Assembly: GCF_026571515.1 (NCBI RefSeq)
Contig: NW_026859550.1
Coordinates: forward strand, 1-64,000
DNA: 64,000 nt
DNA from: Ruditapes philippinarum
Lineage: Eukaryota
Direction: 5' to 3'
Part shown: piece after piece, positions 24,858-36,485 of the stretch
Position numbering within the stretch: position 1 is the stretch's first letter
Layout of the letters: each line of letters begins with the position of its first letter
Position numbers and translations under genes: made by a program
Notes under the pieces: model-generated
What the model saw: the letters and a program-made list of their open reading frames with translations, nothing else
What the model was told of the DNA's origin: nothing
Databases searched by the model: none

Positions 24858-25901
24858 TTTTTATTGGTTAATCTAATTATGCCATAGTTTATATCTGTCC
24901 AAAAGTGTCCATTTTGGATACAGTCCTTTCATGGGAACTATTAAGGTAGAATATTTTCCTAATGGACATGAGGGTAATTTGTCAGTATTTAATTAGAGCA
25001 GACACTTTCTCTGTTCTATACTGTCTATAAAAGGTTGGATATGGGAACTAAAATTGTTATAAAGCGGGTCATAAAGGTATCACATAGACTGGACAAAATG
25101 TCCCCGAGGCTGTCTCTGTTACATTGATGGATGTGTAGATAGTAAAAACAAGTGGACAGCCGTTGTCATTTTTACACTCATTGACTCTCTATTACACACC
25201 ATAGCTTTACACTCCATATACATGATATACACCGATTATAAACTGTCTCGAAAAATGTATTGATTAAGGGGAGATAAATTTAACTTTTCTTGTTTTTTTA
25301 GGATAAAAATTTCCAAAAATAACTTTAAAAGTTTAGTTAGTAATACTTAAAATTTAAAGCTAAGCAAGAAAATCTTACCGGTTTATTTCATTTAATATTG
25401 TTTGTAGAATTAATTAAGATTTTAATGGATATGTATATTAGATAAAAATATTAAAAAATGAAATGCAATTTTATTTATGAACATTTTGCTTTGTTTACAC
25501 TTTTAAGTTTGTGGTTAGAAAGACTGACTAATAGTGTTGCAATTTTGTTACACTGAACTGGATTTGAAAATTTGTCACATGACACTTTTTGTTGTAACAA
25601 ATTTTAAGAAAATAAAGGTGAATTAGATAGTAATACTCAGGTTACTTTTTGGTCTATAAAAAAAGGAAAAAAATAAAAATATGATTTATATGTATTTTAT
25701 TTTCTCTCACTGGCTGTTGTTTTGTTGTTGGTTTTCCCCCCAAATTTTGAAAGGTTTGTTTATTTTTTAAATTGCCAGGCTAATAAATGTGAAACACCTA
25801 TAAAGTGAAACCTCATAATGTAAAACTGAAGGGTAATTCAATCTCTCTATGATAAATAATCCCCATTAAACATATTACTGTGTAAAGCATATATATGTAT
25901 G

Positions 25902-25921
25902 ACACACACACACACACACAC
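25902..25921. repeat. (AC)n microsatellite
   Basis: About 10 AC units. Confidence 0.9.
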
Positions 25922-26484
25922 TTACAAAGTATAAATAATTTAAGAAGTATGTATAGGCTGTAATAATTTGAAATGTTACACCATTAGACAGGTGGATATG
26001 CTTTACTTGATTCAGGTTTACTTTAAACTGTTAGCATTTATGACAACTTGTGGGGGGCCGTCTCAAAGTGTACTTTCATGAAGTTCATTATTGGGTATAA
26101 ATAAAACTGAAAGTGTTGAAATGATGGACTGATTTAAGAAAAAAGTTTTACTTATTTCAAAATATGATTGTTTTAAGAAGACAGTGTTTAAAGCAGAATT
26201 TGCTTGACATTGTGCTTTTTAATGATGAAGCTTTAAAATTTGTTTTGGGTACATGAGTACAGTACAACAGTTTATTTGATTTCTCTCGAGTGATATTTAA
26301 AGATTTAAGAAAAATGATCATTTCAAATTACAAGTAGATGGCGACTGTTGAACGTTTAAGAAGTTTTTATTATGATTTTAGAGAAATAAGGTTTGGAATC
26401 ACATGCACAACAGTAAAGTCAAGGTCACATTGACTAACCATGTTCTTAAATACGGAAACATGTATCATTCTGCCCCTTGTGACT

Positions 26485-26716
26485 AAGGGGTTGCCTTTAT
26501 GGGTTGAGGCATTAAAACTGAAGCCACCAATTAACCCAGCATGATCGTAAGAGGCAACAAAATGGGTTTGAATGACAGGAATTTATGCATCTCTAAGCTC
26601 CAGCAGGTGAGATGGTTTTAACCCCTGGTGTTGCTAAAAGTTGGTAACAACACCTGTTTTGGCATCATATGACCTAAATTGTGTTTGTACACCATAAGCA
26701 AACAAACAATCAAACA
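26485..26716 (+). mobile_element. Degenerate SINE 3' portion
   Basis: ATGATCGTAAGAGGCAACAAA motif, CATATGACCTAAATTGTGT (shared with family A tails) and an (AAAC)n tail. Confidence 0.45.
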
Positions 26717-26866
26717 TACAAGGTATCATTCTGATATGCTCAGTCATTAAAAGAGCATTATTCATTCATTGTCTCATTGGATGTTGAATTGTATTTAGTG
26801 AAGGATAAAGTAAGGCACTTTACCTTATTTGTTTTACTGACATCTTAATCTTCCGCCATTTTTCAG

Positions 26867-27024
26867 GGGGTACATTGAAGATCTATGGTGAGACTTTGAA
26901 GCCAGATGTGCCATATAAAACACTGTTACTGTCGACAGCAGATACAGTAAAACATGTCATCAAAGAAGCGATGGAGAAATATGATGTTGATACTGAAGAT
27001 ACTTCACAGTTTGTACTTGTCGAG
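26867..27024 (+). CDS. AFDN: Afadin exon 5 (RA2; GGTLKIYGETLKPDVPYKTLLLST...FVLVE)
   Basis: tttttcag acceptor, GAG|gtgagt donor, phase 1 to 0. Confidence 0.97.
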
Positions 27025-27629
27025 GTGAGTTACGTCATTTCAAAAAAAAATCTGCTATTTTGTGTTATTACTTTCATACCCCACTTTCATTCACTAGATT
27101 GAATAATGAATTTATATCAAGAGATTTATTTTGTGAGTTTTGTATTGATTAAGGGTGTCAGATGGACATACTCATAATAAAATCTGAAAGATGATACTGC
27201 AATTTTACCCACCATCATAACAGTCCTTTGCATTCACAAGAACTGTAAAATGTTAAATTATTGTTAAATTATTATATGAGAAAATGGCTGATAAGTGTTG
27301 TGGAGTTTTTATGAACCAATTTGCTTAGTAAATCTAATACTTTTACCTTAAAGTACTTTTCATTCGAATGTGAAAGAAATAAAAAAAAGTGTTACCTTCC
27401 TTTGAGTAACTGATAAACTACCTATTTGAGTTTTTAGAATGATTTATGTAGTTCAAATTATGTAATAAATTTGGCTAGACAGTAAATTACAATTTCACTT
27501 TGAAGCATACATTGTGAATAAAAAATACATCAGCAAGTTAAATTTAGCAAACTGTAAATAACAATTTAAATATCATTTGTTACCAGAGCAGCAGCATACA
27601 TCTCATGTGTTAACAAAAAAAATAATGTT

Positions 27630-27960
27630 TGTGATGTGCCTGAGTAAGTAAATGTCACCGACCCCATCATAACACTAAGGCATTTAAATCCAGCAAGGTG
27701 AAATGAAATCTTTCATGACTGTATAGAAGCTGTGCAGCTAGCTTATGGAAGGTTGTTGGCTCTAGTATGAAGTCACCTTGCACATTAAAAATAATGCTTG
27801 GAAAGGCATCAGTGAGCTGTTCCTTCACTTACTTATGCAGGAGTTGCACAGGTGCCGACTTATGACTGATAAAATATATAGATGGGGCACCTTAGGTATT
27901 CATTTGGCAGTAAAGCTGTAATGCTGCATTATTACTTTTTAATACAGAGGCTGTGCGAAC
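27630..27960 (+). mobile_element. Degenerate family A SINE with partial internal duplication
   Basis: CTTTCATG..GAAGCTGTGCAGCTAGCTTATGGAAGGTTG, then a second CAGGTGCC...GGGGCACCTTAGG...TAAAGCTG segment. Boundaries approximate. Confidence 0.55.
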
Positions 27961-28084
27961 TATTAAAGTAAATTTAAAGTTAAAAAGGCACATTATGACA
28001 CTGACATTATTAGGGTGATTGGAAACACAGGCCAAAACAATAAAGTTATATGGGTATACACTTTCTCTGGATTTAAGAATATTT

Positions 28085-28234
28085 GGGTTTTTCCCAGCTA
28101 TTACGTAGGTACAAACAAACTTTTACAGTAAAAGCTTAGAAAATAAGCGAAACAGGTTGAAGGGTAGTGCAGCGTAAAGCTATAAAGGTAAAAGTTAGTT
28201 TGTACCTACTGATTTGATTAGCTTGGAAAAACCC
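28085..28234. repeat. Fold-back inverted repeat (MITE-like hairpin)
   Basis: GGGTTTTTCCCAGCTA..GTAGGTACAAACAAACTTTTAC (28085-28126) pairs with GTAAAAGTTAGTTTGTACCTAC..TAGCTTGGAAAAACCC (28188-28234). Confidence 0.75.
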
Positions 28235-28288
28235 GCTTTGCAGAGTTCCGGATAACATCTATTGTATGGATTTTCATTATGATTTCAG

Positions 28289-28403
28289 GTGCTGGTACCA
28301 CCAGGGGAAAGAGAATATCACGGAGGTACAATAGGCGAGGAAAGGATAATGGAAGATGATGAATGCCCGTTAGCTATTGCCATGCAGCATCCGCCTAGCA
28401 GAG
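28289..28403 (+). CDS. AFDN: Afadin exon 6 (RA2; VLVPPGEREYHGGTIGEERIMEDDECPLAIAMQHPPSR)
   Basis: gatttcag acceptor, G|gtaatg donor, phase 0 to 1; conserved DDECPL motif. Too short to appear in the ORF track. Confidence 0.93.
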
Positions 28404-29844
28404 GTAATGTGAATAATCATGATGTGAAATGTTATATATACATTCCCCATTAAACTGCCACTGTATAAAAGGGCCATGATGGCCCTTCATAAATGAGAGG
28501 GTAGTATTATTTAAAAAAAAAAAAGACCTAAATATCTATAAAATTAAAAACTCCAAACTGTCTATAAAAAATCTCCAAAAATACATGTTATCACTTTAAA
28601 AGTAGGATTTAAATTTATTATGAATAGAATTATATTAGAAATATGAAACAGGAAGTACATGTGTATAAGGTTGACCTAGATATTCATATTACAGACTCTA
28701 GCAGTGATGATAACCCAGGTATTTGTTGTAATTGCTTTATTGCTATGTCATTTGATAGTGTAAATCATATCGTTATAATATATCATTATGACATTTAATC
28801 TGCAAAATTTGTATAATGGACTTTTCCTGCTTGTGTTTTTGGATTGTCTATTATAAATCTAAGGGATTTCAGTTCGCAAAATTTGTCAGACTAGTCAGTA
28901 CACACCTGTTCTAATATACACTAGCATTAACACTGTGCTGTAACTTAATAAGTTTGTTTTTTTCGCTGAGTTTGCACATATGTAATAATACTGTCAAAGT
29001 TTGGGTGGAAATGATATATTTAAGTACATTTAAAGAGGGTAGGGGGATTGAAAAACTGATTTTGGCTGGTTTAATATTATTGTGAAAATCTGATTGAGAT
29101 TCATAACCAAAACAATTTTGAAATTAAAGATGATATTGTTGTACATAGTGTTTAACCCTTAGTATGTTATTTTTTTTTAATAAGCTGATTGATAAAATTT
29201 GGTACGTAAAATCTGTAACGAATAAGTGTCTTGTAATTGGATTTGTCTTACGTCAGTGTAGCTTAGGGAAGATTGTGGTTCTATTCTGGAACTACCCATT
29301 GTTGAGAAATAATGCCGAGAGTGACACCTTTATAGTTTCTGTATTATTTTAGGTTTTACAACAATTAAATCAAACACTGTTGAATTTGTGGTCACAATTA
29401 TGAAAAAATTATTGGAAGGATTTTAAGTTTGTATTGAATCAGAATGAAATAACTGTGATGTAGTAATGTGATGTAGTAATTAAATCTGTTTGTATGACAT
29501 GTAACATATTGCCGTATGCAAAAATCTTGGTACTTCTGTCATATGATACAATGCCATATCATACAAACATTCACGGTGATATTTCTGGTTGAAAATGGAG
29601 GCTAAATAATTATAATTTCCAAATTTAAAAAACTGTTTAAAGTTTCCAATTTAATTTTGGAAGCAAAGTGAGAAAATTAAAAAGGAAATTGACGGTTAGG
29701 CATAATTTATATGGCTTTTTATGAAAAACACCATTGTAGTTTCCCAGTAAGAAAGGCATGGGTTGTTGCCCCAAAAAAGTTTAAAAACCCTATGTCACAA
29801 TATATTATAACTTTTGATCATTTTTTATGTATTATGTGATTTAG

Positions 29845-30006
29845 GAATGTTGATGTTCCAATTGAAGAGGAAGAATGTGGATATGATAAAGCCCAAATAT
29901 AAGAGACAACGGGCGGTATCCCATGAAGATCTACGATCCACACAGGCACCTAGTAGCCAGCAAACCCCACCTAATAAATTACCTTTCTTGGTGGAATTAA
30001 ATCCAG
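29845..30006 (+). CDS. AFDN: Afadin exon 7 (end of RA2, linker, start of FHA; GMLMFQLKRK...KLPFLVELNP)
   Basis: atttag acceptor, G|gtattt donor, phase 1 to 1; FQLKR and LP.LVEL motifs. Confidence 0.93.
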
Positions 30007-30359
30007 GTATTTAAAAATGAATACATGATAGTACAGTGGAACCTTGCTAATCTTAAACCCATCTTTTACAGAATTGAGAAAAAATGGAAAATGGTTCAAT
30101 TTTAAGTTGAGAGAAAAGTTATTTTCCCCTTAAATATGTTTAATTATGCAAGTGTTGATGTATATGAATATGAAGAACTTGCATACACGATTATGTCTCT
30201 CAGGCTTGATTAATAGCCAGAAAAAAATTGCAATCTTTCATCAGCTTGTTTATAAAATGCACTTTTCATTTTTTTTGATGCATTAATTTATATTATATTA
30301 CTTGTGTTGTTGTATTAAATGTCATGCATGTAAATGCTGGGGGTAATTTATCATTTCAG

Positions 30360-30460
30360 ATGGTACAGAGAATTTGAAAGGTAAAGTACATAGGTTACAT
30401 TTAGATGTTACAGAAGTTGGCCGTGAAAAACCACCATCCACAAATGGACAGTATTTACAA
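30360..30460 (+). CDS. AFDN: Afadin exon 8 (FHA; DGTENLKGKVHRLHLDVTEVGREKPPSTNGQYLQ)
   Basis: tttcag acceptor, CAA|gtaagc donor, phase 1 to 0; VTEVG motif. Confidence 0.93.
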
Positions 30461-30923
30461 GTAAGCAAGATGATTAATATAATAAATTATGAATTGTGAG
30501 ATCGTAAATTTTAAGCTTTGTTTACATTGTTTTTTTGTTTTTGAAAAATGAGAATCATAGAGGTATATGCTGAATGTGTTTAACACTCAAGTTTTGTTTG
30601 GGTGGGCGTATAGTTAAGTGGGTTTGCTTTGCAGATAAATACTTCTTTAAAACTTTTCTGAGGTAACTTGTATTCTTGTCACAGGTTTTGAGTACAGTAT
30701 TCTTGTCACATGTTTTTAATACAGTTATAATTAATACAGTTTAAAATAATAAATTTTTGAATAATCAAGTTTTAACTGCATAATAATAAGTACATTGCAG
30801 ATTAATAAATAATTGCAATCTCTTGTACAGAATACGGTACCCTTTGAGTTTAAAAGAATGTAAACAATTTTTATTGTCATCAAAAAATTTAAAAAATAAA
30901 TAGATTTTATTGTTTAATTTTAG

Positions 30924-31124
30924 TTATATGGTCCAAACATACAGTCTCGGCATTGTGTAATAGCTCACACCAGTGATGTAGTGACGGTTACCCCAACCAG
31001 TCGCGAGTCCGAGACATACGTTAACAACCAGCGCATTCAAGAGACTACAATGCTTCAGCACGGAATGACGGTCAAATTCGGCAAACAGAATGCATTTAGA
31101 TTTTTCGATCCTGCTTGGGAAGAG
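30924..31124 (+). CDS. AFDN: Afadin exon 9 (FHA; LYGPNIQSRHCVIAHTSDVVTVTP...FRFFDPAWEE)
   Basis: aattttag acceptor, GAG|gtagac donor, phase 0 to 0. Confidence 0.95.
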
Positions 31125-31550
31125 GTAGACAGCTTAAATTATGTCATTACTGCAATTTTTTGTCAAATTTTCACTGTACTTTATTTAATGGAAAAAATTT
31201 ACTGTTGATGAATGTTTCATTGATAATTTAGCTTATAGTATACTGCCAGACCAACTGCACACCAATTCAGTTTGATTAGGCTTAATTCTGTCATACAACT
31301 AATTTCTAATCTTAAAATTTCGTCAAGCTACACTGAAAATTGTAAATGGATTCTTCCAAATTGGGAATTTGAAAAACCCACTCAATAAATTCAGCAGGAA
31401 AATGTTATTGCAAACTTCTCCCATGTTGGCATTCATTTTAACTTCTATAATTTAGATTGCTATTTCAGTTTATTAGAATACTAGAGTTTTTAAATCATTT
31501 TGAATTATCCTATGTATTCAGATATTTAGTATGATAATCTAACATTACAG

Positions 31551-31777
31551 AAAATGAGAAGAGGCGGGATGCCTCAGGAATTAGCACAGAGACAAGCAAC
31601 AGCCCCACCCTTCCCTAACCGTCCACAGGAAACAAATTTTGATATGGATGGTCGTGTAGAGACGACGGACGGTGTTCGGCCTCAGCAGCCACAGAGACAA
31701 GAAAGTCGACAAAGCGGTCACAGTAGTTTACAGGGCAGCAGTGTTCATGGAAGCAGTCATGATGATATGCCAAGAGC
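31551..31777 (+). CDS. AFDN: Afadin exon 10 (FHA-DIL linker; contains ETNFDMDGRVET)
   Basis: attacag acceptor, GC|gtaagt donor, phase 0 to 2; ET.FD..G motif resembles afadin. Confidence 0.9.
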
Positions 31778-32256
31778 GTAAGTTTTTGATTGTTTATAGA
31801 TTTTTTATCACTCGACATCATTTGCTTTCTATGCAATATAACTTTGATGTATCACATTGTATCATTTTATCACATTACCCTTCCACTTTTCCGACTCTGT
31901 AAAAATGGTATTGCATAGCTGTGGATATATTTTGACATAACATCATTTACTTAAGACACGCTAAATATTAGCTTTACCCTAAGGAGCATCAATGAAAAAA
32001 CGATTCTTTTTCACTTGAACAGTCTTTATTTTGGGTATGTGATAAATAGAATATCATATTTGTGTAAGTTCATTTCTAAATTCTTTGAACTTGTTGATAA
32101 AATAATTTAATACTTGCCATAGGCTGGCATAATATAATTTTATTCAACTTAATCAATAAATTCAGTATTGAACTTACTCTCATTCAATATCCTCTATTTA
32201 TTCAGTTTTGGTGCAAAATTACGCTTGGTTACCTTTCTTTTCTGTATTTGTTTCAG

Positions 32257-32333
32257 TTCACCTCGTGAAAGTCGACCTGACGGCACCAAGTTTGAAGATG
32301 CATTACCAGCTAGTTTAGAGTTTAGAGATGACA
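32257..32333 (+). CDS. AFDN: Afadin exon 11 (SPRESRPDGTKFEDALPASLEFRDD)
   Basis: tttgtttcag acceptor, A|gtatgt donor, phase 2 to 1; LPAS.EFR motif. Confidence 0.92.
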
Positions 32334-32364
32334 GTATGTACTCTTTCGTTATTATTACGAAGTT

Positions 32365-32520
32365 TTTACCCTTAACCTGCTGAATTTCTTGAATGGATTG
32401 CCCAGTTTTTGGAATTGTCCATTGTTAATTTTTAGGGATACCGGGATGAAAATTTGAAGTTTGTCAGATAACAGTTCCTGCAGGTCAACAGTAAAAGCTA
32501 TATCAGTTTGTCTGTCATCA
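32365..32520 (+). mobile_element. Fragment of a TTAA-ended MITE family (other decayed copies near 12360-12500, 28790-28900, 31240-31410 reverse, 37350-37692)
   Basis: Shared pattern (T)TAACCTGCTGAATTTC...AATGGA.TG.CCA...TTTAGGG. The copy ending at 37692 has the complementary terminus CAGCAGGTTAAGGGTTAA. Confidence 0.55.
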
Positions 32521-32989
32521 GTAGAACGTTTTTTTGTAGATTGATAATAGTTATGTCAAAGGACCCAGCTGGAAAGAAAAAAATTTGGTAAATTTTCAAT
32601 AAAGCTGCAGGAGAATGTGACAAAGTGTTGTTTAACCTGTAAATCTACTGAAAGTAGAAGTTGGTGATTTTAGTGAGATAACAAAGAAATTCTTTAGTGA
32701 AACTCTCGTCACATATGACTAAAAGAATATGTTATTTGTATAGATAATGATACATGTTATAGTAAATTGCACAGCTTTTCACACTTGAATGCTATTTTTG
32801 TGAGTTTTAATATTTTAAGTGTTTAGTTCCATGGTAGTAATAAAATAAGTTGGGATTTTCTTTTGCATATGAGCTGTTTTTATTGGTAAAATAAAAAAAA
32901 TCACAAATTATGTATGAAACTATACTAGTTGATTCCACTTTATTTCTAGTTTATTGAATGTAATGTTGTTTGTTTGTATATTCTTCCAG

Positions 32990-33195
32990 AAGAGAACGAT
33001 TTTCTGAGTACAGTTATTCTTGACACAAATGCTTCTGCGACACAGTTCAAACTTTCTCCTACCTACACCATGTATCTGGCGGTGAGATTCCGGCTTTCGA
33101 GTGCATACAGACCGGAACTCAGTCCGTCCGACAGAGCTCATAAGTTGACGTCAGTTGTTAACAAAATAGCTCAGATGATTCCACAAGCAATACAG
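32990..33195 (+). CDS. AFDN: Afadin exon 12 (pre-DIL/DIL; FKLSPTYTMYLAVRFRLSSAYRPELSP)
   Basis: ttcttccag acceptor, CAG|gtaaat donor, phase 1 to 0. Confidence 0.96.
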
Positions 33196-33456
33196 GTAAA
33201 TTGATATTCAATTGGTAAATCTATAAATAATCAATTAGAAGTAGTCAAGTGTGTTGTTTTAAAGACACCCTAATTCTTTGTGTATTCAACTTAGGAGAAA
33301 ATATAGGATATTTAATATTGTAATATTTTCAAATCTGAAGAAGACTAACGAGAGTCAAAATGGTGTTTACACCTTAAAACTTAACCAGTGTTGCTTGTTT
33401 ATTCCACTTTCTAAATATTGTATTGTATTCTAATATTTTGTATGTTGATATTCCAG

Positions 33457-33685
33457 GATAATCGTGATAACCCGGCAACTCTAGCATTCTGGATGGCAAA
33501 TGCGTCGGAGATCCTGCATTTCTTCAAGCAGGATCATGATATACATTTGTTCAGTCAGGACTCGCAGGAGATGTTAGCCGAGGCCGTTCAGATGGCTTTT
33601 CATCACCTAGTACGATGTCTACAGTACGATCTTCAACGCACACTTCCAGCATTCCTCGATGAAAATGATGACGATGGTGAAATAG
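33457..33685 (+). CDS. AFDN: Afadin exon 13 (DIL; LAFWMANASEILHFFKQD)
   Basis: ttccag acceptor, G|gtaaac donor, phase 0 to 1. Confidence 0.97.
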
Positions 33686-33714
33686 GTAAACTTTTTCTAC
33701 CAAATTTATTTTTT

Positions 33715-33745
<31 letters not shown>

Positions 33746-33981
33746 AAAATGTTTTTAAAAACCCTTTGTTTGGATTTAGGTTTGAAGTAAAAAATCATTT
33801 ACTGCTAGTTTTGTGTAAACTTTCTTATAAAAAAGTTATAAATTCAGTTGCTACAAAGTTCATTAACACTTTTTGTATAGTGAAACTTCCACCCTTGAAA
33901 AATTTTATTTCCAACCAACATATGTCCAATTTAAATTTTTTAAAGCAAAAACTTATTTGGTTTTCATGTCATTTTTTTTAG

Positions 33982-34286
33982 ATGATAGGAGTCGTTATAA
34001 CAGAAATAAGCCAACTATGATGGACATTTTAGACACGTTGTCGTCGGCCATGAATCTACTGAGACGATGTCGCGTGAACGCTGCACTCACCATTCAACTC
34101 TTCTCCCAGTTATTTCACTTTATTAACATGTGGGTGTTTAACATCCTCGTCACAGAGAAAAGATTGAACCTGTGCACCAAGGCATGGGGTGTCAGACTGA
34201 AGAGACGTCTAGGGCGTGTAGAGGCCTGGGCCGAGAAACAAGGCCTAGAACTGGCTGCCGATTGCCACCTTTGTAGAATAATTCAG
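33982..34286 (+). CDS. AFDN: Afadin exon 14 (DIL; LLRRCRVNAALTIQLFSQLFHFINM...WAEKQGLELAADCHLCRIIQ)
   Basis: ttttttttag acceptor, CAG|gtaaag donor, phase 1 to 0; near-invariant afadin DIL sequence. Confidence 0.98.
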
Positions 34287-34887
34287 GTAAAGAGTTATAG
34301 TACTCTTACCTTGTTGTATAATAGTTCTGTATTTTGAATTACTGGAATATGCCATTGAAATGTCTTTTTTAATGTCATGCAGATTATCGTTAATTTAGCT
34401 ATATTTATGCTAAAGTTCTTACATGTAATAGGAATAGGGTCATATCAGGATTCATATGGGTTTATTTGAACAGTTGTCTCTGATTCATTTCGTAATTGAT
34501 GGATAACCCTTTAAATATATGAACATGATTAGTGAGAAAAGTCATTATACAATAGCCAAAATGGCGTAAATTTTGTTGTTTTTTCTATCTCCACTGATAT
34601 GCGATCAACTTACAGTCATTATTCTAATGTTAATAGAGGAATTTTTGAATTATTAATAGATAAGTTTTTTAAAAAACAACAACTATTTTTCTGACAGAGA
34701 TTTATTCTGATGTTTAATGCTTTACAATATTTCAACTATTAACAATAGCATCATTTTTCACCAGATCCTGTATTTATCAGAAATTTGTCAACTTGTATAC
34801 CTTTGTCTTCAAAGATTCATATTACAATTACAAGTTCTAGATTTGTTTGTTTCCAGATGTAATAATGTTATCCTATCCTTGTTTTAG

Positions 34888-35182
34888 GCTGCTCATTTGC
34901 TGCAAGCACCAAAAAGTAGTCCAGATGACATAGCCAACATAAGTTCCACCTGTTTCAAGCTGAACTCCCTTCAATTGCGTGAATTGCTTGAACGTTACCA
35001 ACCTGAGCCGATGGAGCCCCCAATACCTCACAATCTTATCGACAGAGTCGTGTCTGTGGCAGAGAATATGGCGGATGAGCTGATACGCACAGACGGACGT
35101 CAAGTACAATTAGAAGAGGACCAGGATTTACAGCTTCCATTTTTACTTCCTGAAGATGGATATTCTTGTGATACTATTAAAG
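34888..35182 (+). CDS. AFDN: Afadin exon 15 (DIL; STCFKLNSLQLRELL...LQLPFLLPEDGYSCD)
   Basis: gttttag acceptor, G|gtaagg donor, phase 0 to 1. Confidence 0.97.
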
Positions 35183-35186
35183 GTAA

Positions 35187-35345
35187 GGGGAGCGGTGGCC
35201 TAGTGGTTAAGGTGTCTGCCTCTCAACCCAGAGATCATATTTCTTCATATGATACCAGTACTGGTTCGTTCAAGGACTCAAAAGTGATTAATATAATTCG
35301 CAAGAACTTGTTTCGCAATTATGCTGAAATAAATATGTTTTTAAC
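35187..35345 (+). mobile_element. tRNA-derived SINE, family B, abutting the exon 15 donor
   Basis: GGGGAGCGGTGGCCTAGTGGTTAAGGTGTCTGCCTCTCAACCC head (A box) and ACCAGTACTGGT core shared with the copy at 53220. Confidence 0.75.
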
Positions 35346-35519
35346 CAAAGCTTAACAAAATCTTTTATTTACTTTCAAATTAAAAACTAGAGTCATTGAT
35401 ATGTTCACTTGCATACTGACAGCAGGTGGTTCTACTCAAACACTTGATTGTGATAGAAGCAATACAAAGAAAGATTGATTGTGATAGAAGCAATACAAAG
35501 AAAGATAAAAGTTGTCAGC

Positions 35520-35800
35520 TAAAGACACAGCTAAATAGTACACAAGAGAAGCTGCTAAGTTGTCCACAGGAGAAAAATGTCAAGTTGCCTATGAGAGAAT
35601 TGTTAAGGTGCAAACTGGATGAACTGTTAAGTTGCCCTCTGGAGAAAGTGCTAAATTACCCTCTAAAGAAAATGCTAAATTTCTCGAATGAAGAAACTGC
35701 TAAATTGCTCACTAAAGAAACTGCCAATTTGCACACTGGAGAAATTTATTAAGTTGCCCCATGTTGGCAGCTGGATGAACTGTTAAGTTGCCCATTGGAA
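35520..35800. repeat. Degenerate minisatellite, about 24-bp period (GCTAAGTTGCCC.CTGGAGAA-like)
   Basis: Recurrent TAAGTTGCC/TAAATTGC cores. Preceded by a 31-bp direct duplication at 35444-35505. Confidence 0.6.
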
Positions 35801-36174
35801 TAGCTGAAACTTTGCAATATAACCTTAAGTGATTCACTATGACTTAAAAACAATAATAAAGTATACTAAGGGAGGCTATTATATCATATCAAAATGCTCT
35901 CTAGCTTAGGGTTATTTCCCTTTATACATTAATTGGCTGTTATGTGTTGAGGATTTTTACTTTTTATGATATGTATAATTTCATAAAAAATAATGAAAAA
36001 TAATAAAAAATTGATTTAAAGTTTGGGTGAAGAAGACAATGTTTTGTTGAGCTGAGTCAAAGATGTTTAAAGGTCAACATAACCTTGGTTGCATATTTAT
36101 AAATATTCGAATCGCTAACAAAGGTTTTGAGTATACATGTTCAAAGATATTAATTCCCTAAATTTACTTCCCAG

Positions 36175-36308
36175 GTGTTCCAAATGGATTGGCGGATTTC
36201 ATTGAGCCATTGACAAGGGCTGGTCTATGTCGAATGGCACACCAACCACAGGCCAGTGGTCTCTGGACTGTGTACATGTCGGACGACGAGTCATCACAAA
36301 TAATTGAG
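36175..36308 (+). CDS. AFDN: Afadin exon 16 (GVPNGLADFIEPLTRAGLCRMAHQPQASGLWTVYMSDDESSQIIE)
   Basis: cttcccag acceptor, GAG|gtaaga donor, phase 1 to 0; PNGL..F..PL and G.WT.Y motifs. Not in the ORF track. Confidence 0.94.
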
Positions 36309-36325
36309 GTAAGAATCAGCTTTGT

Positions 36326-36485
36326 TTGTGTTATTGAAGCTTTGTGATATTGAAGCTTTGTGATATTGAAGCTTTGTATTATTGAAGCTTTGTGATATTG
36401 AAGCTTTGTGATATTGAAGCTTTGTGTTATTGAAGCTTTGTGTTATTGAAGCTTTGTGATATTGAAGATTTGTAATATTGATTGT
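36326..36485. repeat. 16-bp minisatellite (TATTGAAGCTTTGTGA)n
   Basis: About 9-10 near-identical head-to-tail units. Confidence 0.92.

Noticed and set aside
33418-33981. 187-aa ORF reading through intron 13 with a poly-Phe stretch
   Set aside because: Only 33457-33685 is afadin-like. The remainder is a poly-T intron with canonical GT-AG ends, and read-through stops at 33981 out of frame with exon 14.
35426-35752. 108-aa ORF with Leu/Cys/Pro periodicity
   Set aside because: Produced by a roughly 24-bp minisatellite and a 31-bp duplication; no suitable splice sites noted.
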